A DNA stretch of 49,034 bases from an uncultured Oscillospiraceae bacterium (GTDB lineage Bacteria > Bacillota > Clostridia > Oscillospirales > Oscillospiraceae), in the NCBI GenBank assembly GCA_937915075.1, contig CALDMA010000085.1, positions 1 to 49,034 on the forward strand, written 5' to 3'. The notes below the pieces were generated by a model, which saw only the letters and a program-made list of their open reading frames with translations, did no database searches and was not told where the DNA came from. The position numbers and the translations under genes are program-made. How positions within the stretch are numbered: position 1 is the stretch's first letter; the number at the start of each line of letters is the position of its first letter. This document shows positions 40,701-47,338 of this stretch, one piece after another.

Positions 40701-42867
40701 CAAAGACGGTGACCGCATCGTGTGGTACTACACCAACGACTGGACGCTTGACCCCGATGCCGGTAAGTGGTATGTCAAGCCGGTCGGCTCTACGATCACG
40801 CCTGTCACTGCCATCAAAGACGGCACAGCAAGCGCGTCCGTTTCCTACAAGGACTTGAGTGAGGCGCTCAACGCGGTGAAGAAGTCCGGCGAGGACACCG
40901 TGACCATCACGCCGGAGATCAAGGGCAAGGTGAACAGCATCGCCGTCTCTCTGCCGAAGTCTGCCGCGGCGAACGCGGCGAAGCAGGGCGTGCAGCTCGT
41001 TATCGAAACCGATAAGGCGCACGTCAGCCTGCGCGCCGAGTTACTTGGTGAATTGGCGAAGAACAGCGGCTCTGAGCTGAAGCTTGAGATCACGGAGAAA
41101 AAGGCCGAAGAGGTTTCGGACAGGCTCGCTCATGAGAAGCTTGACGGCGCCTCCATCGTTGAGGTCACGCTGGTGATCGGCGGCAAACCGGTCACGACCT
41201 TCGGCGGCAAGAAGCTGCTGATCGACATTCCCGTGGACAGCAAGCGATTCCGCGCGGGCGATGCCTGCCGTGTCCTTATCCTCAGCGACGACGGTACGAT
41301 GGAGCACATAAGCGGCCAATGCATAAAGAAAAACGATGCGCTCTTTGTCCGCGTGGAAGCAACGCACCTGAGTACCTTTGTCGTTATGCGCGATGCGGCG
41401 CTGCCGTTCACCGATGCAGCGGATACCGCGTGGTACGCGGACGCGGTGCAATACGCCTATGAAAGGGGCCTTATGACCGGCGTTTCCGAGAGCGAGTTTG
41501 CGCCGGACGGCACGGCGACGCGCGGCCAGATCGTCACCATCCTCTGGCGTCTCGCGGGCAGCCCCGTAGTCAACTATGCCATGCGCTACGCCGATGTGGA
41601 CGAGGGCGCGTGGTACGGCGAGGCCGTGCGCTGGGCAGCCTCCACCGGCGTCGTCACCGGCTATAGCGAGAGCAGCTTCGGCCCGAGCGACGCCATCACG
41701 CGCGAGCAGCTCGCCACGATCCTCTACCGCTATGTCAAGGCGCAGGGGCAGGGCTTTGCCGGTATGTGGTACTTCCCGCTGCGCTACGACGATGCGGCCA
41801 GCATCAGCGATTGGGCGGACGAGGCCATGCACTGGTGCGTGATGAAGGGCATCATCAACGGCACGAGTGAGACGACGCTCAGCCCTCGGGCTACGGCGAC
41901 GCGCGCGCAGTTGGCGGCCATTCTCCAGCGCTTCTGCGAGCTGCCCAAGGATACCGCAGGCAAGAGCGCCGCGCAGACCGCCTATGACCGCGCGTCAGCC
42001 TACCTGACCGCTGCCGTGAGCGCGCCGCGCTATGGCAGTCTCGGCGGCGAGTGGACGGTGCTCGCCCTCGCCCGCGGCGGCGCGGACACGGGAACCGCTT
42101 ATTTCACCGACTATTTCGCCGCGCTCGAGCAGACCGTCCGCGAAGCAAACGGCGTGCTGAGCGAACGCAAGTACACCGAGTACAGCCGCGTCATTCTCGC
42201 GCTCTCCGCGCTCGGAAAGGACGCACGGGACGTCGCGGGCTATGACCTGACGCTCCCGCTTGGCGACTACGAAAAGACGACGGCGCAGGGCGTGAACGGC
42301 GCGATCTACGCGCTCCTCGCGCTCGACAGCCGCGATTATCCCATGCCGCAGAACACGGCGGCGGACACGCAGGCGACGCGGCAGCTGTATGTGGACGCCA
42401 TCCTTGCCGCCCAGCTTGCAGACGGCGGCTGGAGCTTCATGGGCGAGGCCGCCGATCCTGACCTGACCGCTATGGCCTTACAGGCGCTGGCGAAGTATCG
42501 GGAACAGAGCAGCGTCCAACTGGCAGCCAACCGCGCGCTCGTTTGCCTGAGCGCTATGCAGAACGCAGACGGCGGCTTCTCCTCCTGGGGGAGTGAGAAT
42601 GCCGAGAGCTGCGCGCAGGTGCTCCTTGCGCTCAACGCGCTGGGTCTCGGTGCGGACGACAGCCGCTTCGTAAAGAACGGTCACAGCGCGCTCGACGCGC
42701 TGCTGACCTATCAGACCACGGACGGCGGCTTCTGCCACGAGCGCGGTGGGGAAACGAATCTCATGGCAAGCGAGCAGGCGGCCTGCGCCCTCGCGTCGCT
42801 CATCCGCGCGGAGCGCGGCGAGAGCGGTCTCTACCGGATGGCGGCGCTGACGCAGCCCGCCGCCTGA
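31795..42867 (+). CDS. Giant (3690 aa) secreted SLH-anchored protein: 5 GLUG-type modules, Ig/PEGA-like linkers, 2 DUF4430 domains, 2 alpha/alpha-barrel domains; putative cobalamin-scavenging surface protein
   Basis: Signal peptide MKKRILSLL...VRA; repeated Y.L..DI...F.G.FDG.GH...GGLVG modules; GWMFTVN and GWLYKVNG DUF4430 motifs; three SLH repeats (TRGQ/TREQ/TRAQ) at 41401-41940; QxxDGGW/F helical repeats; AAGGAG RBS. Confidence 0.85.
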   Translation: MKKRILSLLMSFVMLVSLLPASVRAAETVTEISSAEAFAQMDTSGSYKLTQDITITKPYTGKFGGTFDGDGHTVTLKLNVSSGNAGLFATTGQGAVIKNVEVAADVTSSVASTSYGTAGLVGVASYPLTIENCGVTGTVANTATSTSSAVYIGGLVGYLQDSLTLKNCYSSANITSSSTQYNSVAGGLIGKMSSAYSVTAENCYFSGNVTAKNYAGGFIGYLNSSASKSHAYTNCYTSGTVTGSSGKAYSFAYIYKPSYGSAPQYTFDNCYFNNVNTVGGCNLDSTGLTAKTSDDLKALADTLGNGFRADLAESINGGYPILSWQYIDPNAAYTISFTVEPKGSVLTWNGTEQAVSESGSYTFKNVAVGSYSYSVSNEAGDYAAKSGAVAVKNKNVTVPVTLSLNPHKLTFTLTPANAELTVKKGGEELRSNSDGSYTVTKGEYTYSASAFGYETKSGKVTVPAEDHTEKVELTAQPTNTVNFTGIADDAKGVSLTVTTGSRTMTHEEDNHYTYKLPAGYTYDWTFKCANYAKQTGSLNLTDLTENKTESVAISMAEKTAWEGADDITEPSQVDGVYQITSGSELAWLAKEVNAGRGASYNAVLCNDIDLGSENWTPIGKTSSTAYKGTFDGQYHEIKNLKITGSNSNHYGLFGVVGTGTVKNLTVSGEITISGSGSSTYGIASIAGSLNNTGTIENCINKATVSGNYNTAGIVGYMSSSNGTVTSCANTGNISGNNSAGGIVGQLNGKGTVDHCYNTGDITAAVSKAGGGVGYLYASSSYYKNTVSACYSTGKVTGTNSAAVVGSVYSASYSTLDKLFFLEGAATDSNATAKTSGELKNLAPTLGAPFIATPAGINDGYPIFEWQIPTYAVTFTVDPVEAEVAIAGRTGTHNGNTWTFTLPDGSYNYTVTAFGYGATSGKVTVNGGEVSKTVNLTAVEKRTVTFNISPADAAVTVLWKGQTISPEADGSYLLPDGEYTYTVKARGYAKVNGNLNVTKDETVSVTLTPSAAWDGTAKTQPSGDGTQASPYEIADGEQLAWLADKVNNASTVSAIYAVLTDDIDLGNYAFTPIGKDFHEFTGSFDGKGHTVSGLKVSDVEDAGLFGVAKAATIKNVIVQGTVSGTSNAAGILAKAKTTACTIVNCGNEAVVNVPKSGGGYAGGILGYAITSTTVTNCYNSGAVTSKGNTSYSRASGIVGYSSGNGSAKITTCYNTGKVTSDGYAAGVFAGTTATISECYTTGTIAGESSAKTGAFTTSSSDSRTDCYYLTGSITGGGKTNGAEALTLAAMQSGLLDKLGEASWKSVRGVNRNLPVLQWQDTTASIQDVTLVPAAFSRIPFTTEDGELSSLPTGLLKWTAQDGAQSYTVSLWEAVKTWVLLSDEEKAEYKAAQTAEEKLWMIDDAKIVEHLTSEQLTRLTQLNAAISEAHDALDNAGATDAATEAQLRKALSDAYEARAVFLIDLATDDDLGYYDLVLKWRRDIPGITATEYDFASDFAALPEGIYYASVAVEENGELTCAPLRQVAEEVTTVQNPYNRMKAVTNVRWDGSAAKWDGRENFTGTYQIDLYTVEGSDYTLFKTFQISGQYTSANFANVFAAEKKYAFTVTALADTAIDQELGLTDSIPSAYSDVYDPSTGTGETKEWVDITSAEDWIVLANVKDEPSDGTGSPSKQAVEWSKNYRLANDIDFSTLSAADQTKTKSIGTVTYPFMGEFDGQGHKITGLTLSNSDSGLFWYTGATAYVHDLTIDSANVLFSDNAAVLVHNNYGRLEKCAVVNTNITADTGAVLGGMVSRNYGVIRDSFVQGGTLTSNTTTSVGHAGFVGSNEEGGLIERCWTSMNVSTQSAHAGGFVGLGYGGTIRNCFALGNVSARTHSGGFVGRSVYLGNVYENCYAVGVVTVTEKEGNGFIGGNQDWSSFQYDQSDGITNCYYNSATASSHDYNAIRKALDEMKAADFLTALSGSESGVWTQDREHNNGLPYLDGVQAPETAQTTKITVQIAIATYNKGTYSFEKSGDIISVTMDSNGNTRLVDLMDAAQEQKLLTYSYSTTSTFGRFIHTINGREVNEPDGWMFTVNDKLSNVSASLATVKDGDKVLWFEGTTENHFQGPSWDSLSGESIQWETISTVDDLLALARAADAATLGKNYKLANALDLAGVNFPGIGTTDHPFTGRFDGQNKTISNVTVTGENNVGFFGVIKGVTIQNLNLVNVKISGKEKVGGLVGYSQVTLDPSDLSKNTANLIGGCAVSGTVSGETRTGGLVGLNEGKADADTLFSIASSIDKCSSSAAVTGKESTGGLIGENGGAVTKSTAIGSVTGTNSTGGFAGSSSGDIYDSHAEGAVTGSSHTGGFAGSSTGTVKNCYSLGAVTGTDYTGSFAGSLAAADTVIGAGQVTITGIPTQGYNGGLAGTLSGTVSGLVNRITVKNAFGNCTQPEGENLSVVGNTNDYQTDSQKAALEGMTLSTRQKVGDTLYALFGINLPALENEAAKYVDSLTVPASTAAGSALSLLKPGETAAPGITVTYAVTDAHLTGGSTLTLVKPNDTCATVSIQVDLLLTDGEGNTYRKSVQVLLPVAPEKRTELMDAIASGYTDTKDAWTAMDMAVYSALPGKTAKLTDAAKQNILNLLIKEANSSEVTLSAHSRIEIVLRSLGIDSRKLYPVNSNAAVDNAAKLTQMAAQADQYAAPYVLLADLQGNVGLTSEQVNALIGVLKANMGTGLFSYEWNGVTYASPDTAGAALAALAKYYGANADAKEVVDTILAALPSAMDANGSFSSANSDAMVMIGLLALGKDPASLTSVSGASVVDGMLSYVNTGTNQFRYSGEDNALATEQAFRALAALAHFEEGKAFNVYDFSANPVEPGRATGSGEAETPKPPAGTEITVRMTIKADSGYWFNGSVTIPGEGATVYHALIKALDEAGMSQVGAESGYVRSISKDGKTLSEFDNGENSGWLYKVNGDLPDVGLTSYAIKDGDRIVWYYTNDWTLDPDAGKWYVKPVGSTITPVTAIKDGTASASVSYKDLSEALNAVKKSGEDTVTITPEIKGKVNSIAVSLPKSAAANAAKQGVQLVIETDKAHVSLRAELLGELAKNSGSELKLEITEKKAEEVSDRLAHEKLDGASIVEVTLVIGGKPVTTFGGKKLLIDIPVDSKRFRAGDACRVLILSDDGTMEHISGQCIKKNDALFVRVEATHLSTFVVMRDAALPFTDAADTAWYADAVQYAYERGLMTGVSESEFAPDGTATRGQIVTILWRLAGSPVVNYAMRYADVDEGAWYGEAVRWAASTGVVTGYSESSFGPSDAITREQLATILYRYVKAQGQGFAGMWYFPLRYDDAASISDWADEAMHWCVMKGIINGTSETTLSPRATATRAQLAAILQRFCELPKDTAGKSAAQTAYDRASAYLTAAVSAPRYGSLGGEWTVLALARGGADTGTAYFTDYFAALEQTVREANGVLSERKYTEYSRVILALSALGKDARDVAGYDLTLPLGDYEKTTAQGVNGAIYALLALDSRDYPMPQNTAADTQATRQLYVDAILAAQLADGGWSFMGEAADPDLTAMALQALAKYREQSSVQLAANRALVCLSAMQNADGGFSSWGSENAESCAQVLLALNALGLGADDSRFVKNGHSALDALLTYQTTDGGFCHERGGETNLMASEQAACALASLIRAERGESGLYRMAALTQPAA

Positions 42868-42905
42868 TGGCATCGCAATACCGAAACGAAAGAAGGAAGA
42901 CGGAC

Positions 42906-43643
42906 ATGAAAACAGCCAAGCGTTTTCACGCGGCGCTGCTGGCATTTGCACTGATATTCGCGCTCGCGGCCTGCGGCACACCGGCAGTAGAGCCGACGCC
43001 GACACCTGCGCCGACGCAGAGTGAAGCGTCCGCGCCCGATGCGGCGCAGGATACGCCCGACACGTCCGCTCCCTCCGAAACTGAGCGACAGGAGGAAGCG
43101 CCGCCGGTCGGAGAACAGCAGCCGGTGGAAAGCGGCGCGCCGGAGGGAAACGCCGCCGACACATTGCCGACAGGCGACAGCTCCGACGCACAGGACAGCT
43201 CCTCCAACAAGCCCGATGCATCACCGGAGAGCACCGTGCCGACGTGTACGGTCTCCATCTCATGCGCGGCGATTTTGGAAAATCTCGACCGGTTTGACGC
43301 GGAGAAGACCGACCTCGTCCCCGCGGACGGCGTTCTGCTGGCTCCGACTGCGGTGGAATTTGCCGAGGGTGAGAGCGTGTTTGACGTGCTCAAGCGGGTG
43401 TGCCGCGAGAACAAAATACACATGGAGTTCTCCGAAACGCCGGTCTATCAGTCCGCCTACATCGAGGGCATCGGCAACCTTTACGAGTTCGACTGCGGCG
43501 AGGGCTCGGGCTGGATGTACCGCGTGAACGGTGAATTCCCCAACTACGGCTGTTCACGCTATGTCCTCGCGGACGGCGACACCGTCGAGTGGGTCTACAC
43601 CTGCGACTTCGGCGCGGATGTCGGCGGGAGGGTCGGCGCATGA
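42906..43643 (+). CDS. DUF4430 (transcobalamin-like beta domain) lipoprotein
   Basis: Lipobox LAAC, long low-complexity linker, SVFDVL...YIEGIGNLYEFDCGEGSGWMYRVNG...DGDTVEWVYT. Confidence 0.9.
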   Translation: MKTAKRFHAALLAFALIFALAACGTPAVEPTPTPAPTQSEASAPDAAQDTPDTSAPSETERQEEAPPVGEQQPVESGAPEGNAADTLPTGDSSDAQDSSSNKPDASPESTVPTCTVSISCAAILENLDRFDAEKTDLVPADGVLLAPTAVEFAEGESVFDVLKRVCRENKIHMEFSETPVYQSAYIEGIGNLYEFDCGEGSGWMYRVNGEFPNYGCSRYVLADGDTVEWVYTCDFGADVGGRVGA

Positions 43644-44527
43644 AGCATCACGCCTTTCTCACCTGCCATCCGACGGTAAATCTACTCTATTTCGTGCTGG
43701 TACTGACGTTCTCCATGTTTTTCCTGCACCCGCTCTGCCTTGCCGTCTCGCTCTGCGCTGCGCTCCGGTGTGCCGCGCAGTTAAACGGCGGCGCGGCGGT
43801 GCGCCGCACCGCGCTCTGGCTCGCGCCGTCGGCGCTGCTCGCCGCGCTGGTGAACCTTGCCTTCAATCACGAGGGCGCGACCATTCTGGCCTATCTCCCC
43901 TCGGGCAACCCCCTGACGTTGGAGTCCATCGCCTACGGCTTCGCCGCCGCGGCGATGCTCGCCGCCGTCGTGCTATGGTTTTCCTGCTGGAACACGGTCA
44001 TGACCTCGGACAAGCTCATGCACCTTTTCGGGCGCGTCGTGCCCGCCCTCTCGCTCCTGCTTTCCATGACGCTGCGCTTTGTGCCCCGCTTTCAGGCAAA
44101 GCTCCGCGAGGTAACGGCGGCGCGCCGCGGCATAGGGCTGTACGCGGAAAAGGGCCGGCTCCAAAAGCTCAGGAGCGCCGTGGCGGTCTTTTCCGTTATG
44201 GTGACATGGAGCTTAGAGAACGCCGTGGAGACGGCGGACAGCATGAAAAGCCGCGGCTACGGCCTGCCGGGCCGCACAGCCTTTTCCCTTTACCGCTTCA
44301 GCCGCCGCGACAGGCTGCTGCTTTTGTGGCTGACGCTCTGCGGCGCTTACGTCGCCGCAGGCTGGGCGCTCGGCGGCGTGAAGTGGCGCTACTATCCCAC
44401 GGCGCGCGGCGCGCTGACGCCGTATTCCGCGAGCGTGCTGTTCGCGTATTTTCTGCTCTGCCTGACGCCGGTGCTGCTGCAGAGAAGGGAGGAGCGCACA
44501 TGGAGCTCTATCGCATCGAAAACCTGA
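43640..44527 (+). CDS. ECF transporter transmembrane T component
   Basis: HP motif, LRFVP, ARRG, ADSMKSRGYG; ATGA overlap with the lipoprotein gene. Confidence 0.92.
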   Translation: MKHHAFLTCHPTVNLLYFVLVLTFSMFFLHPLCLAVSLCAALRCAAQLNGGAAVRRTALWLAPSALLAALVNLAFNHEGATILAYLPSGNPLTLESIAYGFAAAAMLAAVVLWFSCWNTVMTSDKLMHLFGRVVPALSLLLSMTLRFVPRFQAKLREVTAARRGIGLYAEKGRLQKLRSAVAVFSVMVTWSLENAVETADSMKSRGYGLPGRTAFSLYRFSRRDRLLLLWLTLCGAYVAAGWALGGVKWRYYPTARGALTPYSASVLFAYFLLCLTPVLLQRREERTWSSIASKT

Positions 44528-46878
44528 CGTTTACCTATCCCGGGCAGTCCGCGCCCGCCCTGCGGGACGTGAGCCTGACGCTCCGCGCGGGCGAGTTTGT
44601 CACGCTCTGCGGGCTTTCCGGCAGCGGCAAATCCACCCTCCTCCGCCAGCTCAAGACCGCGCTTGCGCCCAACGGCGACCGTTCGGGCGCGGTCCTTTTC
44701 GCCGGCCGCCCGCTCTCCGACGTTTCGCCGCGCGAGCAGGCGGAGCGTATCGGCTTTGTGCAGCAAAGCCCGGAAAACCAAATTGTCACTGACAAGGTCT
44801 GGCACGAGCTGGCCTTTGGACTGGAGAGCCTCGGGTACGATACGCCGACCATCCGCCGCCGCGTCGTCGAGATGGCGGGCTTTTTCGGCATGGAGAGCTG
44901 GTTCCACCGTGAGGCGGCGTCGCTCTCCGGCGGACAGAAGCAGCTTCTGAACCTTGCCGCCGTGCTGACGTTGCAGCCGGACGTGCTGATTCTGGACGAG
45001 CCGACCGCACAGCTCGACCCCATTGCGGCGGCGGATTTTCTCGCCGCGCTCGCGCGGGTCAACCGCGAGCTGGGCACGACGGTGCTGCTCTCCGAGCAGC
45101 GCTTGGAGGATGCGCTGCCGCTCTCCGACCGCGCCATCGTGCTCGACGGCGGGGCGGTCCTTGCGGACGGCACGCCGCGCGCCGTGGGCGCGCAGCTGCG
45201 CACGGTGGGACATGAGTTGTTCCGCGCCATGCCCGCCGCCATGCGTGTGTGGGCGGCGGTAGAGAACGATTTTCCCTGTCCTGTCTCCGTGCGCGAGGGG
45301 CGGGACTGGCTCGCGGACTTTGTCGCCTCGCACCCCCTCAAGAGCGTGCCGGAGCGCCCGCTGCCCGCGCCCTCGCAGGAAACGGTCGTGACCGTCTCGG
45401 ACGCATGGTTCCGCTATGCGTCCGACGCGCCGGATGTGCTGCGCGGGCTGGAGCTGACGGTGCGGCGGGGCGAGCTTTTCGCCATCCTCGGCGGCAACGG
45501 CGCGGGCAAGTCCACCACGCTCCGGCTGCTCGCGGGCCTGCAAAAGCCCTACCGCGGAGAGATCTGCGTCACCGGAAAAGCGGCGCTCCTGCCGCAGGAG
45601 GTGCAGGCGCTCTTTGCCAAAAAAACCGTGCGCGAGGATCTCGCCGAGGTCACCTCCGACGCGGCGATGCTCGCCTGCGTCACCGCGCTCTGCCATCTGG
45701 GCACGCTGCTGGACCGTCACCCCTACGACCTCTCCGGCGGCGAGCAGCAGCGCGCGGCGCTGGCCAAGATTTTGCTCACGCGGCCCGATATCCTGCTCCT
45801 CGACGAGCCGACGCGCGGACTGGACGCTGCCTTCAAGGCGGAGCTGGCCGAGCTTCTGCAAAACCTGCTCACGCAGGGTGTGACCGTTGTCCTGGTCAGC
45901 CACGACGTCGAGTTCTGCGCCGCCTACGCGCAGCGCTGCGCACTTTTTTTCGACGGTGCCATCGCTGCCGACGGTGCGCCGCGGGAGTTCTTCGCCCGCA
46001 ACCGCTTCTACACCACGGCAGCGAACCGCATGGCGCGCGACCGGCTGCCCGAGGCCGTGACAGCGGAGGACATCATTGCCGCCTGCGGCGGCAGGGAAGC
46101 GCCAAAAAAAGAGCGGCAAGAGCCCCCACCGCAGCCGCCGAAGGCGGCGCCGGATACGCCCACCGCACCGCCGGAAATGCGGAGGCTTTCCCCACGCACG
46201 ACCGTCTCCTCCCTGATCGCTCTTCTGCTCATCCCCCTGACGCTGCTGTTTGGTCCGAAGCTGCTCGGCGACCGGAGCTACTACGCCGTTTCACTCCTGA
46301 TGGTGCTCGAGGCCATGCTGCCGTTCTTCCTTGCCTTTGAGGGACGCAGGCCCCGCGCGCGGGAGCTGGTCGTGACCGCAGTGCTCTGCGCGCTCGGCGT
46401 GGCGGGCCGCGCGGCCTTCTTCATGCTGCCGCAGTGCAAGCCCGTACTGGCGCTGACTATCCTCGCGGGCGCGGCGCTCGACGGGGAGACGGGCTTCCTC
46501 GTGGGCGCGGTGACGATGCTGGTCTCCAACATTCTCTTTTCACAGGGTCCGTGGACACCGTGGCAGATGCTCGGCATGGGACTGTGCGGCTTTTTCGCGG
46601 GGCCGGTGTTCCACAGGGGCGGTCTGCCGAAGAAGCGGGAGACGCTTTGCGCCTACGGCGCGGCGAGCGCATTTGCCGTTTACGGCATCCTGCTCAACGC
46701 CTACTCCGCGCTGCTCGCCACGGGCGCGCTGACGTGGCAGAGCCTTGCGGTCTACTGTGCCTCCGGCTTTGCGATGGACGCGGTGCAGGCCGTCTCCACG
46801 GTGATTTTCCTCTGGTTCTTCGCCGAGCCGATGCTCGATAAGCTCGAGCGCGTCAAGCGCAAATACGGCTTTGCGTGA
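44500..46878 (+). CDS. Fused ECF ATPase-ATPase-S component (CbrT-like, probably cobalamin)
   Basis: Two NBDs (GLSGSGKST/LSGGQ/LDEP and GGNGAGKST/LSGGE/LDEP), Pro-rich linker, then a multi-TM S domain with KPV...GFLVG...SN...QGPWTPWQM. Confidence 0.88.
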   Translation: MELYRIENLTFTYPGQSAPALRDVSLTLRAGEFVTLCGLSGSGKSTLLRQLKTALAPNGDRSGAVLFAGRPLSDVSPREQAERIGFVQQSPENQIVTDKVWHELAFGLESLGYDTPTIRRRVVEMAGFFGMESWFHREAASLSGGQKQLLNLAAVLTLQPDVLILDEPTAQLDPIAAADFLAALARVNRELGTTVLLSEQRLEDALPLSDRAIVLDGGAVLADGTPRAVGAQLRTVGHELFRAMPAAMRVWAAVENDFPCPVSVREGRDWLADFVASHPLKSVPERPLPAPSQETVVTVSDAWFRYASDAPDVLRGLELTVRRGELFAILGGNGAGKSTTLRLLAGLQKPYRGEICVTGKAALLPQEVQALFAKKTVREDLAEVTSDAAMLACVTALCHLGTLLDRHPYDLSGGEQQRAALAKILLTRPDILLLDEPTRGLDAAFKAELAELLQNLLTQGVTVVLVSHDVEFCAAYAQRCALFFDGAIAADGAPREFFARNRFYTTAANRMARDRLPEAVTAEDIIAACGGREAPKKERQEPPPQPPKAAPDTPTAPPEMRRLSPRTTVSSLIALLLIPLTLLFGPKLLGDRSYYAVSLLMVLEAMLPFFLAFEGRRPRARELVVTAVLCALGVAGRAAFFMLPQCKPVLALTILAGAALDGETGFLVGAVTMLVSNILFSQGPWTPWQMLGMGLCGFFAGPVFHRGGLPKKRETLCAYGAASAFAVYGILLNAYSALLATGALTWQSLAVYCASGFAMDAVQAVSTVIFLWFFAEPMLDKLERVKRKYGFA

Positions 46879-46982
46879 TGGCCGCCCGTTGCATCGCTCC
46901 CGAAGATGCGGTCAGGGACAACAACGAGCCGCTCTGCCCCAGTGCCGGCAACGCGCACGTCCCATCGATGCCCATGAATCAT

Positions 46983-47234
46983 AACCACCAGTAAACTGGT
47001 GGTTTGACCTGCCCCTAAAAGGGGCTATTACCGGCATAGCCCCTATAAGGGGCACCGAATTATATTATCGCATCACACGCACTGCCACCCGTAAACGGGT
47101 ACGGGCAAAGCCTATTCTTTCAACGTCTCTTTCTCGCTCAAATGTTTACTCTCAAGTATTTGCTTTCCTTCGGAAAGCCTCATGCTAAAGCTATTTTTCT
47201 TCCCCCGGTAGAACCGGGGGTTTATTTCCACGCC
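46983..47234 (-). mobile_element. Internally deleted IS200/IS605-family remnant (PATE/MITE-like), no transposase
   Basis: Hairpins aaccaccagt-aa-actggtggtt, two gcccct..aggggc, acccgtaaacgggt and cccccggtagaaccggggg; minus strand keeps ttgaaagaa...ccgtttacgggt, resembling the LKE...PFTG end of clostridial IS200 TnpA. Confidence 0.65.
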
Positions 47235-47244
47235 TTAAGGCACC

Positions 47245-47282
47245 AAAAAAAGCCTGTGATGCTATAACATCACAGGCTTTTT
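47245..47282. terminator. Bidirectional terminator, directly 3' of the tRNA fragment
   Basis: aaaaagcctgtgatg-ctataa-catcacaggcttttt. Confidence 0.88.
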
Positions 47283-47338
47283 GGCGCAGCGGGTGGGATT
47301 CGAACCCACGTGAGGTTTCCCTCAAACTGATTTCGAGT
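47282..47338 (-). pseudogene. 3' half of tRNA-Ser(CGA), i.e. an attachment (att) site
   Basis: Minus strand: a-CTCGAAA anticodon loop, tcagt, long variable arm tgagggaaacctca, gtgggTTCGAATcccac, ccgctgcgCCA; the 5' anticodon stem, D arm and acceptor 5' strand are absent. Confidence 0.9.

Noticed and set aside
41968..42840. QxxDGGW/F repeats suggesting a squalene cyclase or prenyltransferase enzyme
   Set aside because: The domain is extracellular, lacks a DxDD catalytic motif and sits in a B12 context next to DUF4430, so a transcobalamin-alpha-like barrel fits better.
31795..42867. Diversity-generating retroelement target or invertible phase-variation locus
   Set aside because: No reverse transcriptase, recombinase or near-identical repeat pair is seen in the window; the modules are old, diverged paralogues.
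43531..44499. N-terminal 323-aa extension of the 1115-aa ORF, and similar upstream extensions for rpiB, mutY, mutL and the pflX-like gene in the ORF track
   Set aside because: These overlap real upstream genes in another frame, and RBS-supported or translationally coupled downstream starts match the family N-termini.
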